Shown here piece by piece: positions 32,350 to 42,300 of a stretch of 60,040 nt of DNA. The notes beneath the pieces were generated by a model. That model was not told where the DNA came from, ran no database searches, and worked only from the letters and a program-made list of their open reading frames with translations. Location of the stretch: positions 1 to 60,040 of IMG/VR virus record IMGVR_UViG_3300044765_000177; one strand, given 5' to 3'. Numbering within the stretch: the stretch's first letter is position 1; every line of letters begins with the position of its first letter. This DNA is from a virus. Made by a program: the position numbers and the translations under genes.

Positions 32350-32567
32350 TGTGGTGCTCCTCTACGTGCTGCGTAGGCCGCCTCGATCCGCTCCGCGAAG
32401 TGGTTCTCTTCGAGGGCGCGATGGATGGGCGCCATGACGCCCCTGATGACCGGACGCCGCTCTTCCGCTGCCTTGCGCTCGCGGCGGGTTCGTTCCAGGG
32501 CTTCTTCGGAGTCGGTCGGCTCCGGCTGGTCAGGGGCGTTCGCGAGGCGTCGGATCCATCCGAGCAC
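32346..32567 (-). CDS. Hypothetical charged protein (73 aa)
   Basis: ORF track; GTG start; 38-nt overlap with the upstream gene, so the start is uncertain. Confidence 0.5.
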   Translation of the reverse strand: MLGWIRRLANAPDQPEPTDSEEALERTRRERKAAEERRPVIRGVMAPIHRALEENHFAERIEAAYAARRGAPQ

Positions 32568-32850
32568 CGGCGGTCACCTCCTCGTCGGCCGCGTGCCCTG
32601 GGTGGGGCAGGGCGGTGAGGATGCGTCCGCCGAGCTCGGCCATCTTCAGCAGTTCCTCGGTGTGCTCTTGTTCGACCTTGCGGGCCGCTTCGGACTCGAG
32701 GAACGCCCGCCGCCAGTTGTCGCGGTCGGCGAGCGCGTCCTCGTGGGTGCGGCGGGGAACGAGCCGACCGGTGAGAATGAGCAGGACGACGAGGGCGAGG
32801 AGTGCGACGGCCCCCGCATCCCCTGGGTTGATGCCGAAGACCTCGCTCAC
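32530..32850 (-). CDS. Single-TM protein with a coiled-coil tail, lysis-cassette associated (106 aa)
   Basis: GTG 32850 preceded by GGGGAGGG; TM AVALLALVVLLILTG. Confidence 0.65.
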   Translation of the reverse strand: MSEVFGINPGDAGAVALLALVVLLILTGRLVPRRTHEDALADRDNWRRAFLESEAARKVEQEHTEELLKMAELGGRILTALPHPGHAADEEVTAGARMDPTPRERP

Positions 32851-32884
32851 GCCGCCCTCCCCTGCTTGTAACGGGCCCACCTGG

Positions 32885-33241
32885 TCAGATGCTCGTCGGT
32901 CCCGTCGGCGTGGTGGGGCTGGCCGGTGTGACCTGCGCGCGGGTGAGCAGGGTCAGCCCGGCGAGGACGACGGTGTTGATGGCGCCGACGGTGGCCTGGC
33001 TGACGTCGTATCCGAACGCGGCGACGAGGACGGCGCCGGCGGCGACGACCGCGGTGAACGCCTGGGGGGCGATCGGGCGGGTCATAGCGGCTGCGGCGGC
33101 GCCGAGGATCGCTGAGACGCCCGCGACGATCGCGGCGGCCTGGTCTGCGGTGAGGGGGGTGATGCCGAGCGACACGATGAGGCCGAGTACGGCGGACAGC
33201 GTGTTCAGGACGACGACCGGCTCTCTGCCGAAGATGCGCAT
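32885..33241 (-). CDS. Holin-like polytopic membrane protein (118 aa)
   Basis: ORF track; 3-4 Ala/Gly/Val-rich TM helices directly downstream of the endolysin gene. Confidence 0.75.
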   Translation of the reverse strand: MRIFGREPVVVLNTLSAVLGLIVSLGITPLTADQAAAIVAGVSAILGAAAAAMTRPIAPQAFTAVVAAGAVLVAAFGYDVSQATVGAINTVVLAGLTLLTRAQVTPASPTTPTGPTSI

Positions 33242-33265
33242 GGAGATCTCGTTTCTGTGGGCGAG

Positions 33266-34327
33266 TCAGGCGGTCCAGTAGGGGCCGGCTGCGACGCGGT
33301 GGAGGAGGGTGACGGGCTTGCCGTCGGGGGTGATGGCTTGGGCCTGGAACCAGAGCTTCTTGCCTGCGGGGATCGGCTGGGCGTGGGTGAACTGGTGGCC
33401 TCCGCCGCCCCGCTTGTCGGTGACGAGGTAGTTGGAGGCGCCGGTGCCGTCGGGGTTGGTCAGGTAGAACACGCCCTGGATCTTCGTGTCGGGGCTGGTG
33501 GCCACGTCGAAGTAGAGGTGCACGGTGAGCGCTGCGGCGGTGACGGGGCCGGCGAGGAGGGCGCCCTCGTCCTTGAAGGCGAGCGGGAGCCACTTGCCGG
33601 ACTCCATCTGGACGTCGAGGGCGTTGGCCTCGTTGAGGACGGTGGGCACGTCGGCCTCCGGGCTGGTGGACGGCACGGTGGGTGCGGGGGTGACGGGGGG
33701 CTGGGTGATGCCCTTGGCGGCGGCGAGGATGCTGTAGATGGGGAAGAGGCCCGGGTCGCCGTGGTCGTTCTCGGGGACGTGCTGGTGGCCGCAGTGTCCG
33801 GTGAACCGGTTCCAGTCGGTGCCGCTCATCCGGACGCCGTTGGCGCCGTAGCTGTCCGGGTAGGTCTTGAACTGGACGCCGGAGGTGAGCGGCACGCCGT
33901 GCTGCTCGTGTGCCCAGCGCGCGAAGGCGGCCAGGTCGCGGATCGCCCAGTCGGGCAGCTCGGGCGTGTACAGGTGGGGGATGCCGGAGCGCAGCCACTT
34001 GGCGTGCGTGGACGGGTCGCAGGTGCCGACGATCTCGACCTGGCAGACGTTCAGGGTGTTGGTCTCGACGCCGCCGGAGAGGTTGCGCAGGGCGCGGCTG
34101 GAGACGTCGAAGTCGAAGTGCTGGTACCAGACGAGGCGCTTGGCCTTGTAGTCGGGCACTGCGGTGAGGGTGGGCGCCATGGCCCCGCCGTCGTAGCTGG
34201 GCAGGGACGTTCCTTCGGTGGTGTGCCAGACGATGACGTTGACCTCCATCGCCGAGCCCGGGTACTTCGACCCGTACCAGTAGGCGGTGGAGGCGCCGGG
34301 GTAGCGCTGGGGGCCCGTCTTGGCCAT
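33266..34327 (-). CDS. Endolysin: N-acetylmuramoyl-L-alanine amidase (amidase_2/PGRP type) plus a C-terminal domain (353 aa)
   Basis: VIVWHTTEG and GHQHVPENDHGDPG motifs; ATG 34327 preceded by GAGGAGGG. Confidence 0.85.
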   Translation of the reverse strand: MAKTGPQRYPGASTAYWYGSKYPGSAMEVNVIVWHTTEGTSLPSYDGGAMAPTLTAVPDYKAKRLVWYQHFDFDVSSRALRNLSGGVETNTLNVCQVEIVGTCDPSTHAKWLRSGIPHLYTPELPDWAIRDLAAFARWAHEQHGVPLTSGVQFKTYPDSYGANGVRMSGTDWNRFTGHCGHQHVPENDHGDPGLFPIYSILAAAKGITQPPVTPAPTVPSTSPEADVPTVLNEANALDVQMESGKWLPLAFKDEGALLAGPVTAAALTVHLYFDVATSPDTKIQGVFYLTNPDGTGASNYLVTDKRGGGGHQFTHAQPIPAGKKLWFQAQAITPDGKPVTLLHRVAAGPYWTA

Positions 34328-34383
34328 GAGCCCTCCTCGGGGCATGAAGAAAGCCCCGGTCTGGGGCGCGGGTTCGGGGTAGG

Positions 34384-34866
34384 TCAGAGCCTGAGGAAGC
34401 CGAGGACCCACAGGTTGCCGGTGCTGGCGGTGACGGCAGCCGGGTCCGCCGGGGCCGTTCCGGCGCCGGTGTAGAGGTAGATGTTCGAGTGGTCGTAGCC
34501 GACCGAGGCGCCGGCGCGCAGGCCGGTCTTGGCGTAGGTCTCGTCGACGGTGACGGTCAGGGACGACACCCGCAGCGCGCCGACCGGGTGCTGGAGTTCG
34601 AGGTGGTCGGCGTATTGGACGACGCCGGTGCAGCCGGACGGCACGTGTCCGCTGTCGCTGATGATGCTCCAGCCGGAGCCGGTGTTGCGGAGCGCGCAGG
34701 AGATGAGCGCGAGCCGGGCGCCGGATTCGGTGACCAGCACGTCGGATGCCGCGGCCGTCTTCGCCGCCGGTGCGACGGCGGTGCCGGAGGCCGGCACGAG
34801 GAGTGCGAGTGCGGCGAGGGCGATCAGGGGCCAACGGCTTCCCACTGCACGGGGATGTTCGACCAT
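34384..34866 (-). CDS. Secreted hypothetical protein with a signal peptide (160 aa; alternative GTG start near 34845)
   Basis: WPLIALAALALLVPASGTAVA signal-like N-terminus. Confidence 0.65.
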   Translation of the reverse strand: MVEHPRAVGSRWPLIALAALALLVPASGTAVAPAAKTAAASDVLVTESGARLALISCALRNTGSGWSIISDSGHVPSGCTGVVQYADHLELQHPVGALRVSSLTVTVDETYAKTGLRAGASVGYDHSNIYLYTGAGTAPADPAAVTASTGNLWVLGFLRL

Positions 34867-35333
34867 GTGTCCTCTGGGTTTGTGGTGTCCCCTGCGAACA
34901 GGAACAGCGTGAAGCCGGCGGTGGTGATGTCGACGGCGCGGGCGCCCCAGCGGGCGGTGGGCCCCAACTGGCTGGCGATGTTCACGGTGACGCGCGGCGC
35001 CGCCGAGAACGGGACCGGGAAGGTGACCGTGGTCGTGTAGAGCGCGAGGTTGGTGAAGCTCACGTTGAGCTGCCCGGACTGGATGGGCGGGGCGACGGCG
35101 CGCCACGTGGTGCCGTCGTAGCGGTAGATGAGGTTGGTGTCGTCGAGGGTGGTGAGCATGCCCTCGACGGGTGCGGAGGGCCCGGTGAGTGCGGCGGTGC
35201 GGGCGGTGGCGTTGGCGAACCGCATCACCGAGTGCTGCACGAGCGCGTTGATGATCGCTTTGAAGGTTTCGATGTTCGGCGGGTCGCTGAGCGCGGGGAG
35301 GGTGACGCCCTGCCCGTAGTCGTCCGTGGCCAC
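34824..35333 (-). CDS. Minor tail protein (169 aa)
   Basis: GTG 35333 preceded by AGGAGG; position in the tail-tip cluster. Confidence 0.7.
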   Translation of the reverse strand: MATDDYGQGVTLPALSDPPNIETFKAIINALVQHSVMRFANATARTAALTGPSAPVEGMLTTLDDTNLIYRYDGTTWRAVAPPIQSGQLNVSFTNLALYTTTVTFPVPFSAAPRVTVNIASQLGPTARWGARAVDITTAGFTLFLFAGDTTNPEDTWSNIPVQWEAVGP

Positions 35334-35344
35334 AGGCGGTCCTC

Positions 35345-35959
35345 CTAGGTGGTGGCGGCAAGGAACGAGCAGCTGATCGAGATGTAGCCGACGGCGCCGG
35401 CGGGGAGAGCGGCGAAGCGGACGACGCCGGTCTCGACGATCTCCAGCTGGCGGACGGCGTTGCCGGTGTTGATCGTCGCGAAGACGAGGGTGGCGGTCGG
35501 CCGGTAGCCGGCCGGGAGCGTGAAGATGTTGGACACGCCGGACACGGAGACGCCGTTGGAGGCGATGAGGCCCTCGATGACGACCATGCCGTCGGCGAGC
35601 TTCTTGTAGCGGGCGCCCTGGTAGTTGCCGCCGCCCGGGTAGCTGATCCACGGCGAGGTGAGCGTGGGCGTGACCCAGGCGTCACCAGCCGAGGGCACCA
35701 TGCGTCCGGCGGCCCGCCAGTTCCCGGAGCCGTTCTGGGAGATGATGATGAGGTCGCCGACGGCGGGCGCCTGGTAGGTGGCCATGCGGCGGATGCTGGG
35801 GATGCCGCCCGCATCGACGGTGCCGTCCGTGTTGACGGCGGTGACAGTGGCCTGCTGCCAGTCGGAGCCGCGGACGGCCGGGGCGGAGGATCCCACCCGC
35901 TGGGCCTGCTGCCGTAGCGCCCACACGAGGTCTCGTCTGCTGCCGTGGCCGGAGGTCAC
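35345..35959 (-). CDS. Minor tail protein (204 aa)
   Basis: GTG 35959 overlaps the upstream stop (GTGA). Confidence 0.7.
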   Translation of the reverse strand: MTSGHGSRRDLVWALRQQAQRVGSSAPAVRGSDWQQATVTAVNTDGTVDAGGIPSIRRMATYQAPAVGDLIIISQNGSGNWRAAGRMVPSAGDAWVTPTLTSPWISYPGGGNYQGARYKKLADGMVVIEGLIASNGVSVSGVSNIFTLPAGYRPTATLVFATINTGNAVRQLEIVETGVVRFAALPAGAVGYISISCSFLAATT

Positions 35960-37056
35960 GAGTCCTCCTTCGCAGCGATCGTCGTGATCGGGAAGTCGCC
36001 GTCCTGGCTGAGCGGCACGGAGAAGCTCGCGACCTGCTGGAGTTCGCGGGAGCCGTCGGGGTGGATGATGCGCAGCACGTCGCCGGGCGCCAGGGCGGGG
36101 TTGGGCAGGCTGGAGATGTCGCCGGTGGCGTTCGGGGTGCGCGCCTGGGCGAGCTTCAGCGTGGCCGCGTTGGTGCAGGCCGCGGTCGTGATGAGCGTCG
36201 ACGAGCTGTAGAACAGCGGCCGCCGCCCGAACGGGCCCGACCAGTAGGTGGGCGAGGAGGGGTCGTTGTCGACGACGAGCGCCGAGACGGGGGCCACGTT
36301 GTCGCTGGTGTTCTCGCCGCGCGCCAGCACTCCGTTGTAGACGCGGTCGGCGGTCATGCCGCGGGACGCGCGGATGTAGGCGCCGCCCTCCCCCGCCTCG
36401 ATGTCCCACGCGGGTGTCGCGGTGGAGAGGTCCGGCAGTACCGAGATGACGACCAGCCCGTCGGCGTTGAAGAACACGTCGGCGCCGGCCGCGGCGGCGA
36501 TCTCCTGGCAGGCGGCCCACGGGTCGGCCTCGATGTCGAAGGTGCGGCGGCCGATCGCGGTGTCGGTGACGCCGGAGAGGCTGACCTGCGTGTCGGGCAG
36601 GGACCGCTGCACGATCGCGGTGATGGCGCTGAGCACGCTGCCGGTCGCGCTGTAGGGGGCGGTGAACTTGTCGTCCGCGATGACCGCGGACAGGTCTTTG
36701 CCGGCGAGGGTGACGGGGCCGTCGTTGACGTCGCCGCTGACCTCGTCGAGCCGGAACAGGCCGAGCGGCACCAGCTCATCGGTGCCGTCGCCGTAGTCGA
36801 CGCCGCGGCTGATGCGCAGGCGGGCGCCGTAGGTGGCGAGCTGGTCGGTGGGGGTGCGCGGGATGAGCTTCGGGTCGGCGACGGTGACGGTGCAGGTGCG
36901 GCGGATGGCCTGCGACCGGTCGACCGTCACCGACCCGCCGGTGTGCTCGAGGGTGATGACGCGGCCGTCGGTGGTGAACAGCTGCACCAGCGTGGCCACC
37001 TGGTGGGACTCGGTGATGCGCTTGAGGAACCGGTCCGAGACGGCGTACACAGCCAC
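35956..37056 (-). CDS. Minor tail / tail-tip protein (366 aa)
   Basis: ORF track; position after the Dit-like gene. Confidence 0.75.
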   Translation of the reverse strand: MAVYAVSDRFLKRITESHQVATLVQLFTTDGRVITLEHTGGSVTVDRSQAIRRTCTVTVADPKLIPRTPTDQLATYGARLRISRGVDYGDGTDELVPLGLFRLDEVSGDVNDGPVTLAGKDLSAVIADDKFTAPYSATGSVLSAITAIVQRSLPDTQVSLSGVTDTAIGRRTFDIEADPWAACQEIAAAAGADVFFNADGLVVISVLPDLSTATPAWDIEAGEGGAYIRASRGMTADRVYNGVLARGENTSDNVAPVSALVVDNDPSSPTYWSGPFGRRPLFYSSSTLITTAACTNAATLKLAQARTPNATGDISSLPNPALAPGDVLRIIHPDGSRELQQVASFSVPLSQDGDFPITTIAAKEDS

Positions 37057-37059
37057 CCC

Positions 37060-39297
37060 CTACTTGGGCCGGTTGAGGTAGACGCCTTCCCAGGTGGCGT
37101 ACTTGGCCTGGACGTCCGCCCAGGTGGCGTTCTCCGCTGCGATGTCCTGCCACGTGCGGCCCGCCGCACCGTTCACGCCGGTCGTGACCGGCATGTCCGC
37201 CTCGATGACCGGCAGCGTCCACACCCGCCACGGGTCGTCCGCCGCGGCCTCCGTGCGGGCCTCGGTGACCTGGCCGACGGTGACGTACATGTCGGCGACG
37301 CCCATGCCGGGGGCGGCCTGCCACAGCAGCACGTTCCCCGAGTCGAGCAGGGTGTGCAGCGCCTGGCGTTCCTCGTCCGAGCGGGTGAAGAGCGCGAGGT
37401 CCCCTTCGAGGCCCTGGCGGGCGCCGGAGAGGACGACCTTGTTGCGGCGGCCCCGGACCACGTAGGCGGACTGCTCGATGGGCCGCTGCCAGTCCGGCGC
37501 CCGCTGCATCATCAGCAGCACGTTCCGGCTCGGGTAGCCGGGGTCCTTCAGCCAGGCCAGGTTCGTGTCGGCGAGGTCGAGGGTGACCGTCGACGACGTG
37601 CGGGTGGACGCCAGCGTGGTCGCCGACGACCACAGCATGATCTGGTAGTAGACCGGCACCCCGAACGGCGCCTCGTGGTCCTCGACGACGAGGATGTCCG
37701 TGTCGATGGCCGTCTTGTCGAGGAGTCCGCCCGGGCCGCGCACCAGGGTCTGGGTGCCGTCCGCGGTGACCCGGTACACGGTCACCAGCTGGCCGACCGT
37801 CAGTTCCCGCAGGGTGAGGGTGACGTAGCCGTCGGCGTCGTGGTCGGTGACGGCCGTCTGCGGCAGCACCTGCCACAGGCCGACCGCGTCCATCCAGAAG
37901 CTCGACGAGGCGGCCGACGCTGCGGCGACCACCTCGAGCGCGGCCTTCGCCGCGTTGGCCGGGGCCACCGCGTCGGTCTGCATGGCACCCCACGACGCGC
38001 CGGACACCGAGTAGGCCGTGCCCGTGGACACGCCCAAGTCGACGTTAGAGGCGTCGTACCAGCGCACCCGCACGGTGAGCGAGGTGTAGGAGCCAGCGTT
38101 GAGCTTGGCGATGATCATGCCACGCCAGTTCTGGCCGCCGGCCCCCGCGGGCAGCGCGGTGATCGCCGAGCGCAGCGTCGACGAGGTCGCCGTCGACGAC
38201 GAGACGGCGAGGCTGTAGTTGCCGACGTAGGCGGCCGTGCCCCACGGCGTGGACCGCGCGGCGGTCGCCACACCGGAGGTGACCGTCCAGCCGCCCGTGC
38301 CCTGCTCGAAGCTGCTGTTGGCGTAGGGGAAGACGGTCCCGGTGATCAGCTTGGGTGCGGCCGTCACCACCGCGGTCTCGACGCGCAGCACCTGCCCGGC
38401 GGTCGCCGAGTCCACGCCCACGGCGAGACTGCACGAGGCCGCGGCCGCGGGCGCGAAGTCGGAGACGTACTGGCGGTAGAAGCCGGTGCCGGGCGCCGCG
38501 AGGGTGGAGCGGGTGGCCTGGATCTGGCTGCCGCCCGAGTCGTAGAACCGCAGCTCCACCCAGGCCACGGACCCGGAGGTGGGCGGGCTGAGGTAGATGT
38601 AGCCCAGGTACTCGGCGCCCGCGGTCACCGTGGGCCGGTCCACCATCCGCATGGCCATGTTGCCGGCCCCGGTGGCGGTGGCCGTCATCACCTGCCCGCC
38701 CGCCCAGTACCAGGTCGCCGACCAGGACACGGCGGGCGCGATGCGGCCCACCGTGCAGTTGGTCTCCGCAGTCCACGCCGAGGCGTCCACCTCGCCGCTC
38801 TCGGCGTTGAAGCCGAACGCGTTGCCGGTCGTGCGGATCGGCAGGCCGAGGTAGACGTTCTCGAAGTAGTGGACGACGCCGGCGGCGGCGGGCGTCATCG
38901 CCGACAGGACGACCTGCGCCTGCGTGGCGCCCGCCGGGGCTGTGCCCGCCACCGCGATCCGGTGCCACGTCGACAACACCGAGCTCGTCGTCAGCGACCA
39001 CGTGATGCTGACCTCGCTGCCGGTCGACGACAACCAGCGGATCCCGATGCGCTCCGCCACGGTCACCGCGGAGGCGTCCGCGAACGCCTCGTACAGCGTG
39101 CCCGCGGTGACCGGGTAGGAGGAGACGGTGCGGGCCTGCATCTCGCCCGATGCTTTCGACGTGAGCATCAGGCAGCCGTCGCCGTTCCGGCCGCCCGTGC
39201 CCAGCGACAGTGTCGCGTTGAGCTTCGCCGTCCAGCCGCTGGTGTTCGGGTCGACCGACTCCGTCGTCGCGCTGAGGAAGTTCCCCGGGATCGCCAA
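37060..39297 (-). CDS. Distal-tail (Dit)-like protein with three N-terminal carbohydrate-binding-like repeats (745 aa)
   Basis: TTG 39297 after GAGGAGGAG; three ~150-aa repeats each opening with a GN(F/A)..(S/E)..(D/G)...GWT pattern; position directly after the tape measure gene. Confidence 0.75.
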   Translation of the reverse strand: MAIPGNFLSATTESVDPNTSGWTAKLNATLSLGTGGRNGDGCLMLTSKASGEMQARTVSSYPVTAGTLYEAFADASAVTVAERIGIRWLSSTGSEVSITWSLTTSSVLSTWHRIAVAGTAPAGATQAQVVLSAMTPAAAGVVHYFENVYLGLPIRTTGNAFGFNAESGEVDASAWTAETNCTVGRIAPAVSWSATWYWAGGQVMTATATGAGNMAMRMVDRPTVTAGAEYLGYIYLSPPTSGSVAWVELRFYDSGGSQIQATRSTLAAPGTGFYRQYVSDFAPAAAASCSLAVGVDSATAGQVLRVETAVVTAAPKLITGTVFPYANSSFEQGTGGWTVTSGVATAARSTPWGTAAYVGNYSLAVSSSTATSSTLRSAITALPAGAGGQNWRGMIIAKLNAGSYTSLTVRVRWYDASNVDLGVSTGTAYSVSGASWGAMQTDAVAPANAAKAALEVVAAASAASSSFWMDAVGLWQVLPQTAVTDHDADGYVTLTLRELTVGQLVTVYRVTADGTQTLVRGPGGLLDKTAIDTDILVVEDHEAPFGVPVYYQIMLWSSATTLASTRTSSTVTLDLADTNLAWLKDPGYPSRNVLLMMQRAPDWQRPIEQSAYVVRGRRNKVVLSGARQGLEGDLALFTRSDEERQALHTLLDSGNVLLWQAAPGMGVADMYVTVGQVTEARTEAAADDPWRVWTLPVIEADMPVTTGVNGAAGRTWQDIAAENATWADVQAKYATWEGVYLNRPK

Positions 39298-39308
39298 GGC
39301 TCCTCCTC

Positions 39309-42300
39309 TCAGCTCGACTGGATGACGTGCACCAGCGCCTGGTCGTGGTCCTGGATCCGCACGTCGATGAAGTCGCCCAGTGCACCCTCCTTGGCGTGCA
39401 ACTCGACGACGACGGGGGTCTTCTGGCTGCCGGGCGCCAACGCGTTCCACTGGGACCCGGTGAGAACCGGTTCTGGGTGGCCTGTGCCGTTGAAGGCCAA
39501 GGTGAACCCGGGCTGCAGGTAGCCGCCGCTGTCGTAGCTGCCCGGCTTGAAGCCGTACCAGCTGGTGAACAGGGGGTCCTTGTAGCTGCGGGCCCGGCTG
39601 CCGACGACAACGCCGTCCCCGCCCCTCGACTCCACATTGGTGCCGCCCAGGGTGCCGGCCGTGTGGCCGACGCCCGCGTTGGTGATGCCGATGCGGAAGG
39701 GGCTGTTGCCGTGGTAGACCCAGCCGGGCGGCGCGGTCTTCCCGGAGAACGCCATCGTCGCCCAGCGCCGGTGGGGCTTCTCGCCCCGCAGCACAGACTC
39801 GATGGCGCTCATGAAGCCACTGCAGTCCCAGCTGGGGTTGCCGTTGCCGCCCCACTGGTAGGGCAGGCCGTTCTGGGTCTTCGCCCAGCGCAGCGCGGCC
39901 TGGATCTTCGGGCCGCCGAGCCCGCCGCCGCCCTTGTCGTCGGCCTTCTTGCTGTAGCCGACCAGGGTGTTGACGATGCGGTCCGGGATGCGGCGCAGCA
40001 TCTTCCCGAAGCCGGTGTCCATGCCGGGGAAGTTCTTCAGCAGCGGCTCGACGGCGTGCCTGATGCCGGCCCGGGCGGACGACTCCAGGGTGTCCCCCAG
40101 CCACGACGCGCCCTTCTTGATGTCGTTCCACGCCTCGGACCCGGCGCCCTCGAGTGCCGAGCCCGCCTTGCCGATCCAGCCGAAAATTCCTCCGTCGGCG
40201 TAGCGCTGCACGACGCCGCCACTCGCGTACCGCAGTGAGCGGTCGGTGGGCGTGTGCGGGTTGCCGCCCAGCAGCGGCGCCAGCGCGGCCTTTACGCCCT
40301 GGGCACCGCGCGACTTGGCCAGCTGGTTCATGGTGCCGACGAAGCCGGAGCCGACCGCGCGGGTCCACTCCGGCCGCATGATCGCCTCGCCGCCGGACAG
40401 CTCGAGCGCCCCGCCGGTGGGCGACACGAACTGATGCACGTCCCGGCCCGGGGTGTAGCCGGGCAGGACGCCGCCGGACGCGAAGCCCTTGGGGTGGAAC
40501 TCAGCGAGCTTCGGGGCGCCGAACGCCGACGCGATCTTGTTCCAGACGCCGACGATCCCGGCGTTGTAGACGGTGTCGATCACGAAGGAGACCGGCTTCT
40601 TGGCGATGCCCTCCAGCTTCGACCACTGCTTGCCGATGTTGTCCCTGGCTGTGGAGAACGCGTCCGCGACCTTGCCGACAGCCGAGCGCAGCGTGTCGAG
40701 AACCGGCTTGATGCCCTTCTCCCACGTCGTGGTGATGACCGCCTTGATCGCGTTCCACACCGGCCGGATCACGTTGTCGCGGAGCCAGGTGAACGCGGGG
40801 CCGAAGATGTTCCGGAGGTAGTTGACGATGTCCGGCAGGATGCTGTGCCCGATCAGCACGTCGTAGAACCAGCGGAACACCTTGACGATCCCGCCGATGA
40901 TCGTGGTGAAGACGCCACCGAGCCACTTCACGATCGGGCCGAGCTTGCCCGCGATCCATCCGAACAGGCTGGACACCCATCCGATCACTGTCGCCAGGGC
41001 CCCTGCCAGGCCGCCGACAAGGAACCCGGTCAGCCGGATCAGCGGAGGCAGCAGTACCGACAGCACCCCCAGGGCCAGGTCGAGAACCAAACCGATGAGC
41101 TGGGCCAGCGGCGGGAGCAGAGGCAGCACAGCCAGCGTCAGTCGCACGCTGGCCTGTACGAGCTTCAGCACCGACGGCAGCAGCTGCATGAGCACGCCTG
41201 CCGCCATCTTCAGCAGGACGCCCTGAACCTGACCGAACACAGGCAGCATGGGCGCAACGGCGTCGACCAGCGCCAGCAGGGCATCCGCCAGCGGAGGCAG
41301 CACCTGCGCGAGCGTCGAAGCGAACAGCCCCGCCAGGTCGCCGACAAGGGGCGCCAGGTTCATCAGGATCGGGGCGAGCTGTCGGGCCAGGGACGACCAC
41401 ACGGTGCTCAGCGGGCCGAGCAGCCTGAGCAGTGCGTCCCCGATGGTCTGGAACGCGTCGCTGAGGATGGGCAGGATCGGGGTCAGTGCACCCAGGACGG
41501 TGTTGATGAGCTGCATGCCGACCGGGATCAGTGGCCGCAGGGCGCGCATCAACGACTGCAGTGCCGTGGTGAAGAGGTCAGCGACGAGCGAGGCGACCTG
41601 TCCGATCAGCGCGACGAGCGGCTGCAGGAACGGCTCCAGCGCCTGGAAGACGCTGGCGATGATCTGCCCGACGGTCACCAGTGCCGGGGTGATGGCCTGG
41701 ATGATGCGGGTGAGCGGGCCGACAAGTACGCCCACCAGCCCAGTGATCACGTTGACGACTGGAGTGAGAGCGGGCGCCAGAGCGGTGACGATCCCGGCAA
41801 TCAGGTCGGCGATGGGCTGTAGCAGCGGGATGACCGCCTGGACGATCTGCACGATCGCCGTGCCGACGGTGACCAGCACCGGGGCGAGCGCCTGCACGAT
41901 CGGCATGAGCGAAGCACCGAGCGCGGTGACGAGCTGCTGGAGCACCGGCCCGAGCGCCACAGCCAGACCGGCCAGCGGCTTGGCGATCGCCGCCACCAGG
42001 GGCACCACTGCCTGCACGATGCCGCCGATGACCGGAACGATCGCACTGACGATCTGCGCCACTGACGTGAACAGGTTGCGCAGCTGCGCCTGCATCTGCG
42101 GCGCAGCGAGGATGCGCTCAATCTCCCCGAAGACGGTTCCGAGCACGCCGACGATCTGGCCGCCCGCGTCGGAGGCGGCCTTGAAGATCTGTGAGACGAC
42201 ACCCAGGACGTTGCCGATCAGGGTGCCGAAGCTGGACAGGATTCCGAACGCGGTATCGATGGCCTGCTGCAGGCCGCCCGAGGTGAAGCTGCTCGCGATG

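Noticed and set aside
36061-39522. 1153-aa plus-strand ORF, together with similar long ORFs such as 1389..3749(+), 15661..17007(+), 18159..19883(+), 24100..25656(-), 33257..34474(+), 40254..41822(+), 42345..44243(+) and 57997..59679(+)
   Set aside because: They are antisense or out of frame to well-supported genes. They are extremely Gly/Arg/Asp/Pro-rich with no motifs. This is the typical shadow-ORF artefact of high-G+C DNA.
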